Shown here piece by piece: positions 1 to 13,176 of a DNA stretch of 64,000 nt. Numbering within the stretch: position 1 is the stretch's first letter; every line of letters begins with the position of its first letter. A program made the translations under genes and the position numbers. The stretch lies in contig NMRA01000099.1 in NCBI GenBank assembly GCA_002633005.1, positions 425,468 to 489,467 on the forward strand. The letters are read 5' to 3'. This stretch comes from Phoronis australis (Eukaryota > Animalia > Phoronida). Under the pieces are notes generated by a model. The model was not told where the DNA came from. It did not search any database and worked only from the letters and a program-made list of their open reading frames with translations.

Positions 1-1298
1 TGCCAAGTAATCAGAAATTGTGTATTTAAATTATCATGATTGATGATAAACCTCGCACAAGAAATTATATCAACCATTAAATATGAATTGTTATCAACCA
101 TTTATATCATGTCATTCATGTAAATTGATAGACAGTCGACATGAATTCAAATAAAAATCTTTCATGATCAATTATGATCAACCAAAGTTTCTTGTAGTTT
201 TGGGCATGATATCAGAATGGACAGCTGACAATTAGTATTCACATAATAAAAATTCTGTGGACAGCTGACAATTCAATTTTCTGCAATGTCACATCTTGTA
301 ACTATTAGTCACTCAGGAGTGGTGTATACATCAGAGAGGATTATAACGCCTGAATAGACCCAAGTGAAGGATGGCATTTTGGAAGCTACGGTTTTGTACT
401 GTTTGGGACTCTTCTACAGAAAACAAGAAAATCTTAATTTATTTTGTACGTCAATTATTTCACAGATTTAAAACAAATTTCAAGAAAATCTTATTCTATT
501 ATTAATTGGCTTTGCACTGTGTAGACGTCAAAAAACAATAGGAGATAAAAGTTCTCATTGTCTGTAGCAAGATAATCAGGCTTTGTAAACTTGAAAAATT
601 TATATTTGTGCGAAATAAGTGAGAATTAGCATAATGTCAAATTCATGAATACTGCTGTGATAAACAATGATTAGAATCCTTCATATTGGGTTATGAAATT
701 GTATAATTTTCCAAAACAGATAGAGGTCAAGCTTATACCTTTGAACCAAGTGAAATTACTTGGACATTAAAAAGTATTGTAACAGAGTCTAAGATTACGG
801 AAACAAAAGAAAATAAGCCCCACCCCCTATGGAAATGACATGCTTTTTTGAACTACAATTCGATTGTCCCACATTAAAATAACTTTCCCGAAGAAAGGTT
901 ATGTTTACGAACCTTTTAATTCACAAAGCAGTCTTTAAACGAGCTCCAAACTTAGCAGTGGAGTAGCATCCAAAAACATCAATTTAAATAAAATAAAAGA
1001 TTTTGCGACACAAACAAAATGAATGTCACAGCTGTGATAACTAAGTTTTACAGAACTCTTTAAAATTAACTGACACAATTAACAGCAACACAGCTGTGAG
1101 GAAATTTAAAAACACTCAAGCGCAACAGCACACCTCACCGATGAATGGACTTCACCTATTGATCTGTTTTCACTCACCGATTAATACATCCCACAATGCA
1201 CCCTATACAAGTAGTTCCCACTTCTAAGAAACCGTAAAACAACAAATAAGTATCTCATGGCAAAATAAACGTGTGTTGAGATGCAAACGATTGTTTAC

Positions 1299-1432
1299 CT
1301 TCTGTCCACAGACTCTTTGTGAGAGTCCTCTATGCTGCCATTCATTAACTGGTTTGGCGTCCATTTGAGTATGAGGCCCTCTATTGTCTGGTGGAGAGAC
1401 AAGTAACCAGGCAGGGACTCCATATCTTCTTT
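1299..1432 (-). CDS. SGSM1: SGSM1/2-like gene, exon 9 ([44 protein letters not shown]); gene continues beyond the window start
   Basis: ttttacag|AAA...AGAAG|gtaaac; 134 nt. Contains the SGSM motifs PGYLSLHQ and [11 protein letters not shown]. No further exon recognised in 1-1298; the TBC domain is not in this window. Confidence 0.95.
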
Positions 1433-3679
1433 CTGTAAAATGCCATAAATATTGACAAAAGACTACGGCAGAGGTGGAGCCAGAATTTCAAAAATGAGTG
1501 CTCAAATATTTTTGTAAAGATGTGATACATTGTTGTTGTTCGTTCATACAACCAAAAGTATATCACTAGGACAAGACAAGGACGTAATTTAAAATTAATA
1601 ATTGATAATACAATATTAATATACGAGACAGCTTTTATAATACAGGTGGTAAAGACTTTCCGTCTGCATTGCTGACAATCCAAATATGGAAGATCGACAG
1701 CATAATGCAGCAGCAAGGCAATACACTCTCATAAGTGAGGCTTCTGCTTGAAGCCTGTTTGACAGCAGACAACGAGCAGAGCACTAAATATAGTTACATC
1801 CCTGTTGTTACTCTTGTCTCGAGCGTGTGAAAATGAGATTGTGGAGCAAAGGCCATCACGACCACCAGTGAAGCTATTGGTTACTAAACACTAACAGGCA
1901 AATGTTTTGAATAAGTAATATTTTGGTCAGGCGAGCTCCAAACGCTGTGAGCAAAGAGTAGATTCAATCATAATCAGTAAACCAACCCTTAATAAGGAAT
2001 GGAAGTCCGAAATGCACATCAAATATTAAACCTGCTCACATCGAAATTGTGGTCACATTAAGAACTTTTATCTACAGAAATAATATGGCAAATATAACTG
2101 CTTGGAAATCAAGCCCTTCGAAAGAATTTAATTAATTCATAGATTTGATCTACTATTCGATTGTCAGTCCGCCATTTGCATTTTTCATCTAGCTGTAAAC
2201 TCCTGAACTACTAGCATTCACATGGCTCATTAGCTGGAATTCGGTTTACTACTAATTATAACAGGTCAAAATCAGAGAAAACAAAATGACAGACAATTTG
2301 AATCGTCATTGCTGGAGAAAGGTAAAAAGAGGCAAACTATAACTGATTTAAACCATTTATGGTTCCTTAAATATCCTAAGGGCTAGAATACATAACGAGC
2401 ACTTCCCCCATTCTTCTGATTTATGTCCATTTCACAAACTTGCAAAAAAATTTTGACAGCCCTTCAAGTCTGTTTGAGCTAAGTTTTGGCTAATTCAACC
2501 ACACAGAAGTTGTCGTAGATACGCACACAATCTGTTGAAAAAGGGAAGCTTTCATCATTTCAAATTTCTTAACAAAAATTAATACAAATAAATACCAAGG
2601 AATCACCAAGTAGATAAGTCTTTCTATTGCTATCTGGTTGTACGCATGACATTTTAGTTTCCTGATGAATTATGACTTCATCTGTCTTATACATGTGTCT
2701 TCATGTCTCGTGTGTATAGCCCAATCAATCAATCAATCAAGTTCTGCTTTACTGTAATCACGGTTGGAAATAGAAAACCATCATCAAAGAAAAATTAGTA
2801 AAATCCAACAATCTAATCTTTCTCCTCAAAATCAAACTCAAAATTATTTTTCGGCACTGTTGTACAACCTCGAGATAGGTGTTTATTATTCTGGGGTCGG
2901 GTACATTGTGATTTATGCAAATGAGTTCACAATCCACGTCTGCATCGTATGAGCTCTAGATTCGACCTAAAAACACGAGTAAAAACTAGAGATTTTGAAC
3001 AAAAACTTGAATTTCAAGTTCAGACTCAATGTTTTAGTTCTGATGACAGGGTCATCAAGTGCAAGCTAGGTTAAGACAGTAATCCACGTAAGTTATAATT
3101 TACTCAAGCTTAGAATAATAGACAATCATCTTGAGTTCACACAAAAGTAGAACAGAAAATGGCAATAATAACTGATTTTAACCTCAAGTAAGATATTAGA
3201 CCTGGACTTAGAGCACATATAGCAATGACGAAAGCATTTGAGGAATATTAATTTTTGTAATTACTTCTGTCCAAAATTGAAGAACCTTTACCTTTTTGTC
3301 TTTGTACTAACGTTTACAACAATTAATTTGTAATGTTTGGATAAATGCCTAGTGCATTAACTAAACTAATAAACTCAAAAAAATCAGGGTGCGCACATTA
3401 ACTTATTAGAGTATAATGGAAACGTAGGAGTTTAAACATGCTTGACAACAGCCTGAGTACAATGGAAACAAGGGAATTCATATGTTAAACTTGAGACAAA
3501 CACGAGTATAAATGAAACATAACAGTTCAATATGTGAAACTTGAGAATAACCAGAGTACAAAAGTAAAATGGGAACATAAATGTGAAACTTGAGAATCCA
3601 GGGATGAACTAAGCCAACAGTGGTCCGTTATCAATTCGAGTAAACGGAAGAGGCAATCAGGAAAGTGTTAAAATCTCAC

Positions 3680-3826
3680 CGGTTGAACGTGAACATTGTT
3701 CTTGCCATACAGCAGTGTCTGCTTGGAGTTCTGGTGCAGAGATTCTACGTAGTCCTTGGCGGAGTTGGGCATGCTGCGCTGACTCTCGTCACTACTAGAG
3801 CTGTTGTTGCTGCGACGCTGGAATAC
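3680..3826 (-). CDS. SGSM1: SGSM1/2-like gene, exon 8 (VFQRRS...SAKDYVESLHQNSKQTLLYGKNNVHVQP)
   Basis: ttttag|GTA...CCG|gtgaga; 147 nt, phase 0 to 0. Contains the SGSM motif YVESLHQNS..TLLYGKNNV.VQP. Confidence 0.96.
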
Positions 3827-3935
3827 CTAAAAGGTCAAGGTCACAGGTTTTCTAGAACATATGGCTTTCACTGGAGTCTCGTTGAGAAAGCCAACACATA
3901 CCTTGAATATATCAGAACTTTTATCTATGATTGTG

Positions 3936-4815
3936 AGTGTGTGTGTGTGTGCATGTGTGCGTGTCTGTGTGTGCAAGTAAACTTCTTCAAAAACAAATGC
4001 AAAATCAAAAAGAAACACTTGCAATTGAAAAACCTGTCCCAACATACTAGCTCTACTACTTGAGTCCCGTGTGATGCGAGTAATCATAAACATTTAGTAG
4101 CTCATAGCTCTCAGGGCTGATGTTTATTTGCTACGATTGAATACTTTTTCAAGCAGAGCCATTTATTTCTTAAGCCAACACTAGTGTGTGTTATCCGTGT
4201 TATCCGGTCAAGATTATCTCCAAATGTGGTATGTTCTGAAGAAAAAAAGATGACATTATGTAGGGATATAGGGGATTATCTCCAAATATGTAATGTTCCG
4301 GAGAAAAAAGCATGACATTATCTTGTAGTATTGGGGATCAAAAGAAATGCCAAGCAACAACTGCTTTTGACAACTGTGATTCATTTCTTCTGTTTCTCTT
4401 TTTCGTAAGCTGCTTTTTTGAGCAGACTCATGAAATGTTGTTGATTTCCACAACATGTTGTTTGGCACTAGGTCAGTCGACTCATGTGCAAGACGGTCTC
4501 GCTACCTGGTGACTGCAAATACGCCGCTTTAAATTCTTTCATATTCATTGCCATGCTAGACAAGTGTATGATATCAGGAAGAGATAACCAGGAAGGGACA
4601 ACTAGCTAAACCGCCGTTTTTGGCCTCCTTCCCCGGACTAATTTTAGGACTTAAAAGTTTCGTTTAAAAGGAAACAGATGATTTCATCAGAGAGATTAAA
4701 GCTTTTTCTATAGAAGGATATCAAAAAACTCAGTTTGCAACCTTAAACAGTGGTGTAATTGTACTTTGAAAATATCGACTTCAGCGCACGCAATCGCAAT
4801 TTCCCACACGCAGTN

Positions 4816-4893
<78 letters not shown>

Positions 4894-5505
4894 TGTCTGT
4901 GTGTGCAAGTAAACTTCTTCAAAAACAAATGCAAAATCAAAAAGAAACACTTGCAACTGAAACACGTGTCCCAACATACTAGCTCTACTACTTGAGTCCC
5001 GTGTGATGCGAGTAATCATAAACATTTAGTAGCTCATAGCTCTCAGGGCTGATGTTTATTTGCTACGATTGAATACTTTCTCAAGCAGAGCCATTTATTT
5101 CTTAAGCCAACACTAGTGTGTGTTATCCGTGTTATCCGGTCAAGATTATCTCTAAATGTGGTATCTTCTGAAGAAAAAAAGATGACATTATGTCGGGATA
5201 TAGGGGATTATCTCCAAATATGTAATGTTCCGGAGAAAAAAGCATGACATTATCTTGTAGTATTGGGGATCAAAAGAAATGCCAAGCAACAACTGCTTTT
5301 GACAACTGCGATTCATTTCTTCTGTTTCTCTGTTTCGTAAACTGCTTTTTGCAAGCTATTTTTTAGCAAACTCATGTTGTTGATTTCCACAACACGTTTG
5401 GCACTTCTAGGTCAGTCGACTCATGAGCAAGACGGTCTCGCCCCCTGGTGACTGCAAATACGGCTTTAAATTCTTTCATATTCATTGCCATGCTAGACAA
5501 GTGTA
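3936..5505. repeat. Near-identical direct duplication of ~630-690 bp (about 3936-4568 and 4816-5505), each copy starting at a GT microsatellite
   Basis: Both copies run from gtgtctgtgtgtgcaagtaaacttcttc to ccatgctagacaagtgta with few differences; an N lies at 4815. Confidence 0.92.
4816..4890. repeat. (GT)n microsatellite
   Basis: Pure TG run read directly. Confidence 0.98.
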
Positions 5506-5631
5506 AAATATTAACCTACTTTTGACAAATGCTCAATTTCACAACATGACATATATGACTTTAATTACATAAAGATGACCTTAACCACTACAAGGTGGCT
5601 TTGATAATATTGGAGGCGTGATACAAACTAC

Positions 5632-5795
5632 CTGTAGTCCCGGTCGTCGTGGCGACCCCGGGCTGCTGCACACAAAGTGTGGCGACACGCTGCTGCTGTG
5701 AATGCGGTGTCTCTGCACCAGCTCGTCGGCAGGGGGGTCTGTCCACAGGTGGTCAACGGTCTTCATTTTTGTGAAGTCAAGTGCACAAGGACCAA
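5632..5795 (-). CDS. SGSM1: SGSM1/2-like gene, exon 7 ([35 protein letters not shown]...RPGLQ)
   Basis: gtcatag|TT...CAG|gtagtt; 164 nt, phase 1 to 0. Close to [36 protein letters not shown]. Confidence 0.96.
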
Positions 5796-6527
5796 CTATG
5801 ACAGAGGAGAAATTTGAGACTTTGACGAAACCTTTCACTTCCTTCAGAAACAAGAAAAATTTTCAGGGGACAGCAGGTAAACTACAATCAATCAATATTT
5901 TGCACAAAGTTAATTATTTTTCAAATGAAGTGCTGTCTTCACATTTTGTATTCAACTGTATTGTTTCATTATGAGAACACGAAAAGCAGAGTATTTTTTC
6001 AACATCTTCTAAATGGTTATCTATGACTGCATGAAAATATGGTTTTGGCCCCAACACCGTCTAAAATACAGCCCATTGTATTCCTAAAACTAATTTGCCC
6101 AAAACATTCTAAACAGCACCAGCATAGTAATCAACTTGCACAAAAAATTCATATAAGCCTTGAATAAACATTACACATTAAGTAAGTTGTTCATCTTTAA
6201 TGAATATTAATCCAACTTTACTGCAAAATGCAAGGCCACTCAGGCCAGGGATTATTTTTGCAATTATTAAACAAAAGCATGCTTCTATTCAACGTTGAAA
6301 CAGGCAATGAATGTTTTCACTTGTCAAATTGATAAAGTTGACAATATAAAAGTTTTACAATATCTTTTAATAATTACTAATAACATTAGACAAAATCCTA
6401 AGCATGACAAGTCGCAGTGCAGAGACCCTATGAAAATGACAGTGTGAGCGAGTATTTCGTCGAAAAGTAAGAAATTTCATTGTAACCCCCAATCAGCCTT
6501 TACTTTCCACAAGCCCAGGTAACATAC

Positions 6528-6595
6528 CTAGAAGTGAAGCCAGTATGGGTCCACAGCAGGGGTCTGACACCAGGGAGTCCTTCTCGTAGTATTTG
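6528..6595 (-). CDS. SGSM1: SGSM1/2-like gene, exon 6 (NKYYEKDSLVSDPCCGPILASLL)
   Basis: cacag|C...CTAG|gtatgt; 68 nt, phase 2 to 1. Matches SGSM KYYEKEALLxDPxxGPILASLL. This frame is absent from the ORF track. Confidence 0.94.
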
Positions 6596-7711
6596 CTGTG
6601 ATGGAAAGACACAGGGGTCAACTCGTGATAAACAGTGGCAGCTGTTCTTTAAAGCATCACATGAATATAGTACAAAATACAGCGCACAATCTGCAAAGCA
6701 ACCTGAGATTGTGTTTGGTGACCTGGAAAAATTCCAAGTCACCACAAAGTCACCACTGGTCGACGAACTGTTACCGACGCCCGGATAAGAAATGTGTGAA
6801 TTGATTTAGCCGCCCGCCCTAGATTTTCAGTTTTGGCAACCTCAGATTTCGTTTGGTGACCTGGGATTTTAGCCAGGTCACCATTATGCAACTTGGCTAA
6901 GTGTCGAGCTCTGTAAAAATAATAACAATAATAATAATACTATTGTATAGTACATAATAATGATAAAATAAAAAATGATCTGTAAAATTCATATAATAGT
7001 ATTTGATACCAAAATAGTTTAGTAGTAATTCCTAATCATACAGTTTTAACAATATTTACAGACAGGTACTAACAGTAAAATATAAGTGTAACTACAAAAT
7101 TGCCTATAAAGAACGTCTTCCATTACAGTCATTTCCTCAAGTTAACTCGCCATTTACACTTCAGAGACTGAAAGTTCATAAGCACCTAATCACGTCAGTA
7201 AGTGCTAAACTAATGCCTATAATGACTATAGCGGGTACTTGTGTCGTGACTGAAAAACAATGTAATCACAGCATTTTGCAAAAACAAATGTGAAACGGAC
7301 GACATACAGCTAAAATACATAAGGAATATCATGATACCGACTGTGAGAGTAAAAGGCGTAATTTTATTGCTGTTTTTAGCCAGCTAAACAGGGCAAAATG
7401 ATGCTTCAATATATTCAGAACAGCAATTTCAGAATTCTGCACCTTGTCTGACTTTTTGAAGTTAATCACTTACTGAAAGATCACAAATTAAAAAATAATA
7501 AAATAATGGTTCATAATTTTGTCTTTATCTGATAATTTAATTTCGCTTTCTCACAAGGCTCAAAGTAATTTAGGAGAAAATTATAAAACAGCAAACTGAC
7601 ACATGAATCAAGTTTTAATAAAACAAAACAAAGACTGACAGACAAATTTAAAGAACCATTTTTGCATCATTCCAGTGAACCAATGCCTTCTAGTTTTCTT
7701 CAGCACGACAT

Positions 7712-7960
7712 TTGCTGCCAGAGTCGCCTGTAGAACCTATCAAGTGGTGGAAGCAGTCTCACTGGGGTTTAAATGGTAGTCTCAATGGAAAGAAGATTTT
7801 GCAGGAACAAATGTCAATGGCAACAAACTTAACATTTCTTCGTGTTCACAAAGTGTGTGAGGAGGCTATTTCTACAGGAAATTATGTACGGAGTTCTTCA
7901 TGTGTTCTCATCAACAATCATCAGTGCATACGGAAAACGTGGCTTGCTAGATCCAACTAG
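7712..7960 (+). pseudogene. Possible decayed hAT transposase C-terminal dimerisation-domain fragment
   Basis: EPIKWWK...KVCEEAISTG loosely resembles hATC DPLxWWK...xCERxFS; weak similarity only. Confidence 0.25.
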
Positions 7961-8929
7961 ACAGCATCTTTGTAGTGAACTGGTCAACAAAAAAGAAATT
8001 TATTTGGCAACATGGTTGTTATACACATGTATTTGAAGAATGCCAGTAATGTGCGTCTTTAGGCGCATCGTGTGGTGAGTTTCAAAAAAAAATGCAAAGT
8101 AAAGAGGTATTGTGCCAGCACTTTGAACAATGACCAACAAATACGACTGATCACTCCAAGCAAAAAGGAACGTGAAGGGAACCTGGCAAAACTTCAACAG
8201 CTATCCAAAATGCAATAATAAATACTTTGAAAAACAAACATCAATGATTGTTAATCAAATGTACAAACATAAATTGAGACTATTAGCACCGTCGGCTGCA
8301 AAAAATGGGAACAATACAATGGCTAGACATACTAATACTCAGACTGGACCAGCTAGCGGCCACACTGAAAAAGCTATGGTGGACGGGTAAATCTAATGGT
8401 CAAAGAAAAAATGCTGTGCCCTGCACCATCACTATGCACTATATAAACTCAGTCCACTCCCTGCCTGGAACAAAAGCAGCACAAATTTAGTTTGTACCAT
8501 GTACACAATAATTCTCATGCTGATAAATCATTAGACAGTGGGAGCAACTTTCTTGCTCAGCTATGCATTGTGACATAATAGTGAATTTAGTAGACTGGCC
8601 AGATCATTTATGCATCCAGACACTGTACTGTTTCAACCCATCAAACTGAGGAGCAGCACCTTCAGAGACCAAATGTCCAGTTTTCAAATTTATATCACAT
8701 CCTTGATGGACGTAAAGCGTGGACTGTCTCTTCTTTAGTCACATCTATATCAAACTGTCTCAGTTTTCCACATTTACGTACTCAGTAACCAGCTCAAATA
8801 AGTAACTTTGGACCTTCATTCGTCAGGATTAGAATTTTCTTTGACATGACTTTGTCTTCATGATTTTCTTTTCAGATTTGCTTGTCATCTAACAAACTCG
8901 TTCAGAAGACTAAGGAACTTTGCAATGGT

Positions 8930-11900
8930 CAGGGCTCGGCATAACGAGCTGCAGGTTGCATTTGGGACCTGAATTTTGGAAATACGAGCTGAGATTTTAT
9001 CAGCTCGTATCAAGTCGCAAAATGCGACCTGGAATTCCCAACGTATGAGAGCTGAGTTTTTACACTTCTCGGCAGAAACCTGGCAAATCTATAGCAACTC
9101 TTGTTAATCCGATCGTTATTTGGTTGATGTCGAATTCAAGTTCAAAAGAACACTAACCGAGAACAGCCCTCCCGAAGACTTGTAAGCAAGTCGCGTGAAC
9201 ATGGGATATGTAGAATTGATCTTTGACGCATTTTATTGGCTAACATTTTCGGCCACTTTTGCAAATTTCCGGATTCGCCGAAGAAAGTTTTGGGTACCTG
9301 CATAACACGTGATAAAACGTCACAAAACTGTGGTGTTTCTACTAATTCTGGAGGGATCAACATACCAATGAAACTTATAGTGGACAAATATATTTATTTT
9401 TAGAGTAAGATGTCCTTACTACATGCACCAAATATCCACGACAATATTAATGATATCGCCATACCGTGAATAATGCACTAACAAGGAAGTCACGCATTTC
9501 TAAAGATATGCGGGAATTTTCACCGCTCATCCTTCTGAGCGGCTTGTACCAGGATCAAAGAGAGTGCGGCACCGGAATCAGGTACAATTGTCACGACTGC
9601 ATTGCCCGATGCGAGCGAGACCCAATTAAATGTAATTATCCGAACATAAACTGTACTAAACATCTCTGACTGCACATAATGGTGAAGTTTCAAAATGCAT
9701 TAACCACTAATTTTTGTTATAAACAAACACCACGGCAGTAATCAGCTGGAAAAAAACAACCAAGTATGGTTTTCGATTTTTAAAAATCGATGAACTAATA
9801 ATCTAACAAGAGCAACGCGGAGCGTTGAAATGCGCCCACAATTGCACCGCATACGGTATCCTTCTAGGGTTGTTTATTGGTACCATAAAGTGGCCAGTAG
9901 AGGGCATACTTTGCAAAATGGAAAGGCATGGTCATTGTCTCCTCAATAGGCTAGGGGCAAAATGTGAGTAATCTTCATAATACAAGCACATCCTATACAC
10001 CAGTTGCTTAAAGCACCACAGAAACATAGAATTAAAAACAAATTTACCAACATACGAGATTAGCACAGCATTAGAATGCCAGAAACAAATTTCTACTTGG
10101 AACTTTTCCTTCACAGTCACGAAGTAACACAAAGTATACACCTGAAGACCTATGAAAATACAGAGGTCAATGTAAAATACTAAAATTGCCACTAGAGGCA
10201 AATACTAAAATTGCCACTAGAGGCATACCGGTAATCAGAATCATCCTAAAGTCGTCATCGTCCGTTGTCAACATCACATAAATACACTTGCTAAATTTAG
10301 TAAAGATCCTGCAAACGGTTTGGGAGATACAGCCATGGGCGCAAAAAAACAAAACTGCCACTAGGAGGCGCCACAGTAGTCCAAATCGTCTGAAAATCAT
10401 TGTCAGCTGTCTTCCTTATAGTAAGCACATACACGCCAATTTTCACAATCATCCTTTGAGCGGTTTGGTTGATAGAGGGGTGGACGCAAAAATACAGACT
10501 CGAAAACAGTAAAAATGGCCACTAGGTGGCGCAAACTACGTCGAATCCATCTGAAAACAGTAGGATAGCGTCATCTCACTAATAGGTGCCTACATACCAA
10601 ATTTCATGAAAATCCGTTCAATACTTTTGAAGATACAAAGGTAAGCGTAAAAAACTAAAATTGCCACTAGGGGGCACACCGGTAGTCGGATCCGACCAAA
10701 AGTCGTCATCTTCCATTGTTAACATCATATAAATATACTTACACAATTTGTAAAGATCCTGCGAACGGTTTAGGAGATACAGCCATAGGCGCAAAAAAAC
10801 AAAACTGCCACTAGGAGGCGCCACAGTAGTCGAAATCGTCGGAAAATCATCGTCAACCATCCTCTACATAGTAAGCATATACATGCCAATTTTCACAATC
10901 ATCCTTTGAGCGGTTTGGTTGATAGAGGGGTGGACGCACAAAAACAGACTCGAAAACACTAAAAATGGCCACTAGGTGGCGCAAACTATGTCGAATCCAT
11001 CTGAAAACGGGAAGATAGCGTCATCTCACTAATAGGTGCCTACATACCAAATTTCATGAAAATCCAATAAGGACTTGTGAAGATACAAAGGTAAGCGTAA
11101 AAAAAATAAAATTGCCACTAGGGGGCACACCGGTAGTCGGATCCGTCCAAAAGTCGTCATCTTTCGTTGTTAACATCATATAAATATACTTACACAATTT
11201 CGTAAAGATCCTGCGAACGGTTTAGGAGATACAGCCATAGGCGCAAAAAAAACAAAACTGCCACTAGGAGGCGCCACAGTAGTCGAAATCGTCGGAAAAT
11301 CATCGTCAACCATTCATTTTTTATTATTCTTTCAATCTCATTTAACCAGATTTTTGATCAGGAAACAGTTGTTGTGTCCACTTTTCATTTTTTTATTACC
11401 GACAAAGAGCTAAGAATAGTTATATAGTCAGTGCCACCGAAATTGTCCAGAGATTCCAAATCTTCAGTTCGGTTATCACCATATTTGCACTTTTGTATAA
11501 CATTTTATGATTTGAGTTCTAATAAAGATTAAACTTTAATGACACATGAAATGTTTAGCGTACCTGCAATGTGATAAGTTTAGGGACGGGCTCACAATGA
11601 ACTTAACAAATTAAGTTTAGCTGGCGATTAAAATCTACCATTGTTTTGGTACTGCAAGTTTAAAACTCAGATAAAAAGTTATCAACCAGTTCCCGTAAAG
11701 CAAAAAAAAACAAGTGGGCAGAAGCATTAAAAATTAAATAAATAAAACCAATATGAAACTTATCGTTCCTTTGGGAAGTGGCCCTTTGTGAAGATAAACA
11801 CAAGTTAACCTGTTTAGTCATTTTGTAATATTTATAATGTTAAAACTACTCTCCAGAGTTGCAGGCTGTAACTCTGCAAATGTCAGAGAAAACGAACTTG

Positions 11901-13039
11901 GGGGTACTAACAACAACCATTGTTGAGAAAGTAATGCTAGCTATTACCTTTCCACTTCATTAGCTCTTTATTCTTCATCAATACAAAGGACGTGCTGACT
12001 AGGTATTGTAAAAGTTGTCTGGGCTTAGGGATCAGAGTGGTCACTAGTGTAGGCAAGAAATTCTCCACATGGCACTGTGGCACTGGTCGGTCCTGTTGTT
12101 AGCACGCAAGCGGTCTCGGAAGACAATCGTGACTTAGCAATGTGCGTCTCATTTTTTATCACATACCGTTAAGACGGCCAAAGTGAAAATCACAATGATC
12201 CTATTAATCGCCAAACGACAGCCACGTCTTTACTTTCAATTGCCAAGACAGTCTCAAACCCCTTTACTTGTTTCAGGGGCTACGTGCACGAAATATGATT
12301 TGTCTTACACACATTGTTGCCAATGTAAAGTGTAGAGATTCAAGTGCGTGAACGCACGCGTCTGCACCACTTCACAGCTGCACATCAAAAGAGAACAGCG
12401 ACAGTCCCAAATGAAAGCCCAAATGAAAGAGTACACCGGCTTGGCTCAGGTAAGCACCCGGGTACATGCCAGTGGTTTATTTGAAAATGACTCATAGATT
12501 CCCTGCGGTTATAAAAGACCCGATGCTTTACAATACTCCCCGGGACCGATATAGCCCAGAACTGATATAACCCAGAGCTGATATTTTCCTGTGACGTTTC
12601 CCGAGGTCGAGGCTCCCTAAACCCTATATTCTATGCCCGTAGCTAGCCATTGCTACTAAGCCTAACTAGATGCAAAATTGTGGTTAGCGAACTTTTTATT
12701 CTCTTCATACACCCTCCCCCAGCAACTTTTCGCTCCCCGGACCACCATCTCCAGTAGCAGGTCAGACCTAGCAAAATCGTGGATACTTTTTCAACGGGCA
12801 TTTAGTCCCTTTTCACATTGCAAACTTAGCAACTCGAATGCACGTGTCAGTTAGAGAGCACTGATTAATTTCACGTCGGCAACTTGCCTTGCACTTTAGA
12901 GCCTTTCATTGGTGTTCGTGAAGAACAGTAACGCCGTTCCTGCATGAACGAACTCAATTTTGAGATCTGCAATTTGTGAGTATTTAACACTTCTAGGTCG
13001 CAAAATGAGACCTGGCGATTTTGATAGCGTCGAGCCCTG
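8930..13039. mobile_element. 4.1-kb non-autonomous TIR element with 5-bp TSD (hAT5-like)
   Basis: Ends are CAGGGCTCG...CGAGCCCTG with a shared subterminal CAGGTnnCATTT(T)GnGACCT. Flanked on both sides by ATGGT (8925-8929, 13040-13044). No transposase ORF. Confidence 0.8.
9805..11312 (+). repeat. Tandem array of ~145-161-bp monomers organised as a 450-bp trimer; possibly the core of a Helentron/HINE-like element
   Basis: GCCACTAG motif at 10211/10661/11112, 10355/10805/11258 and 10516/10966 (450-453-bp period). Preceded by AACAAGAG and a CAACGC-GGA-GCGTTG hairpin at 9805. HINE assignment is inference. Confidence 0.85.
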
Positions 13040-13176
13040 ATGGTACAGATTATCTTCTCACTGGATTCGCAATTTTCCTCGCCCTACCTTAGCTCACTGA
13101 CGATAAATATGTGTTCTACATCAGTCATGCGTGCTTGCAGTACACAACAAAGTTGTATAGGTGACCGGGACAAATA

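Noticed and set aside
3665-5025. ORF-track ORFs with poly-HT or poly-CV runs, and the 132-aa plus-strand ORF
   Set aside because: They are translations of GT microsatellites or the antisense of SGSM exon 8.
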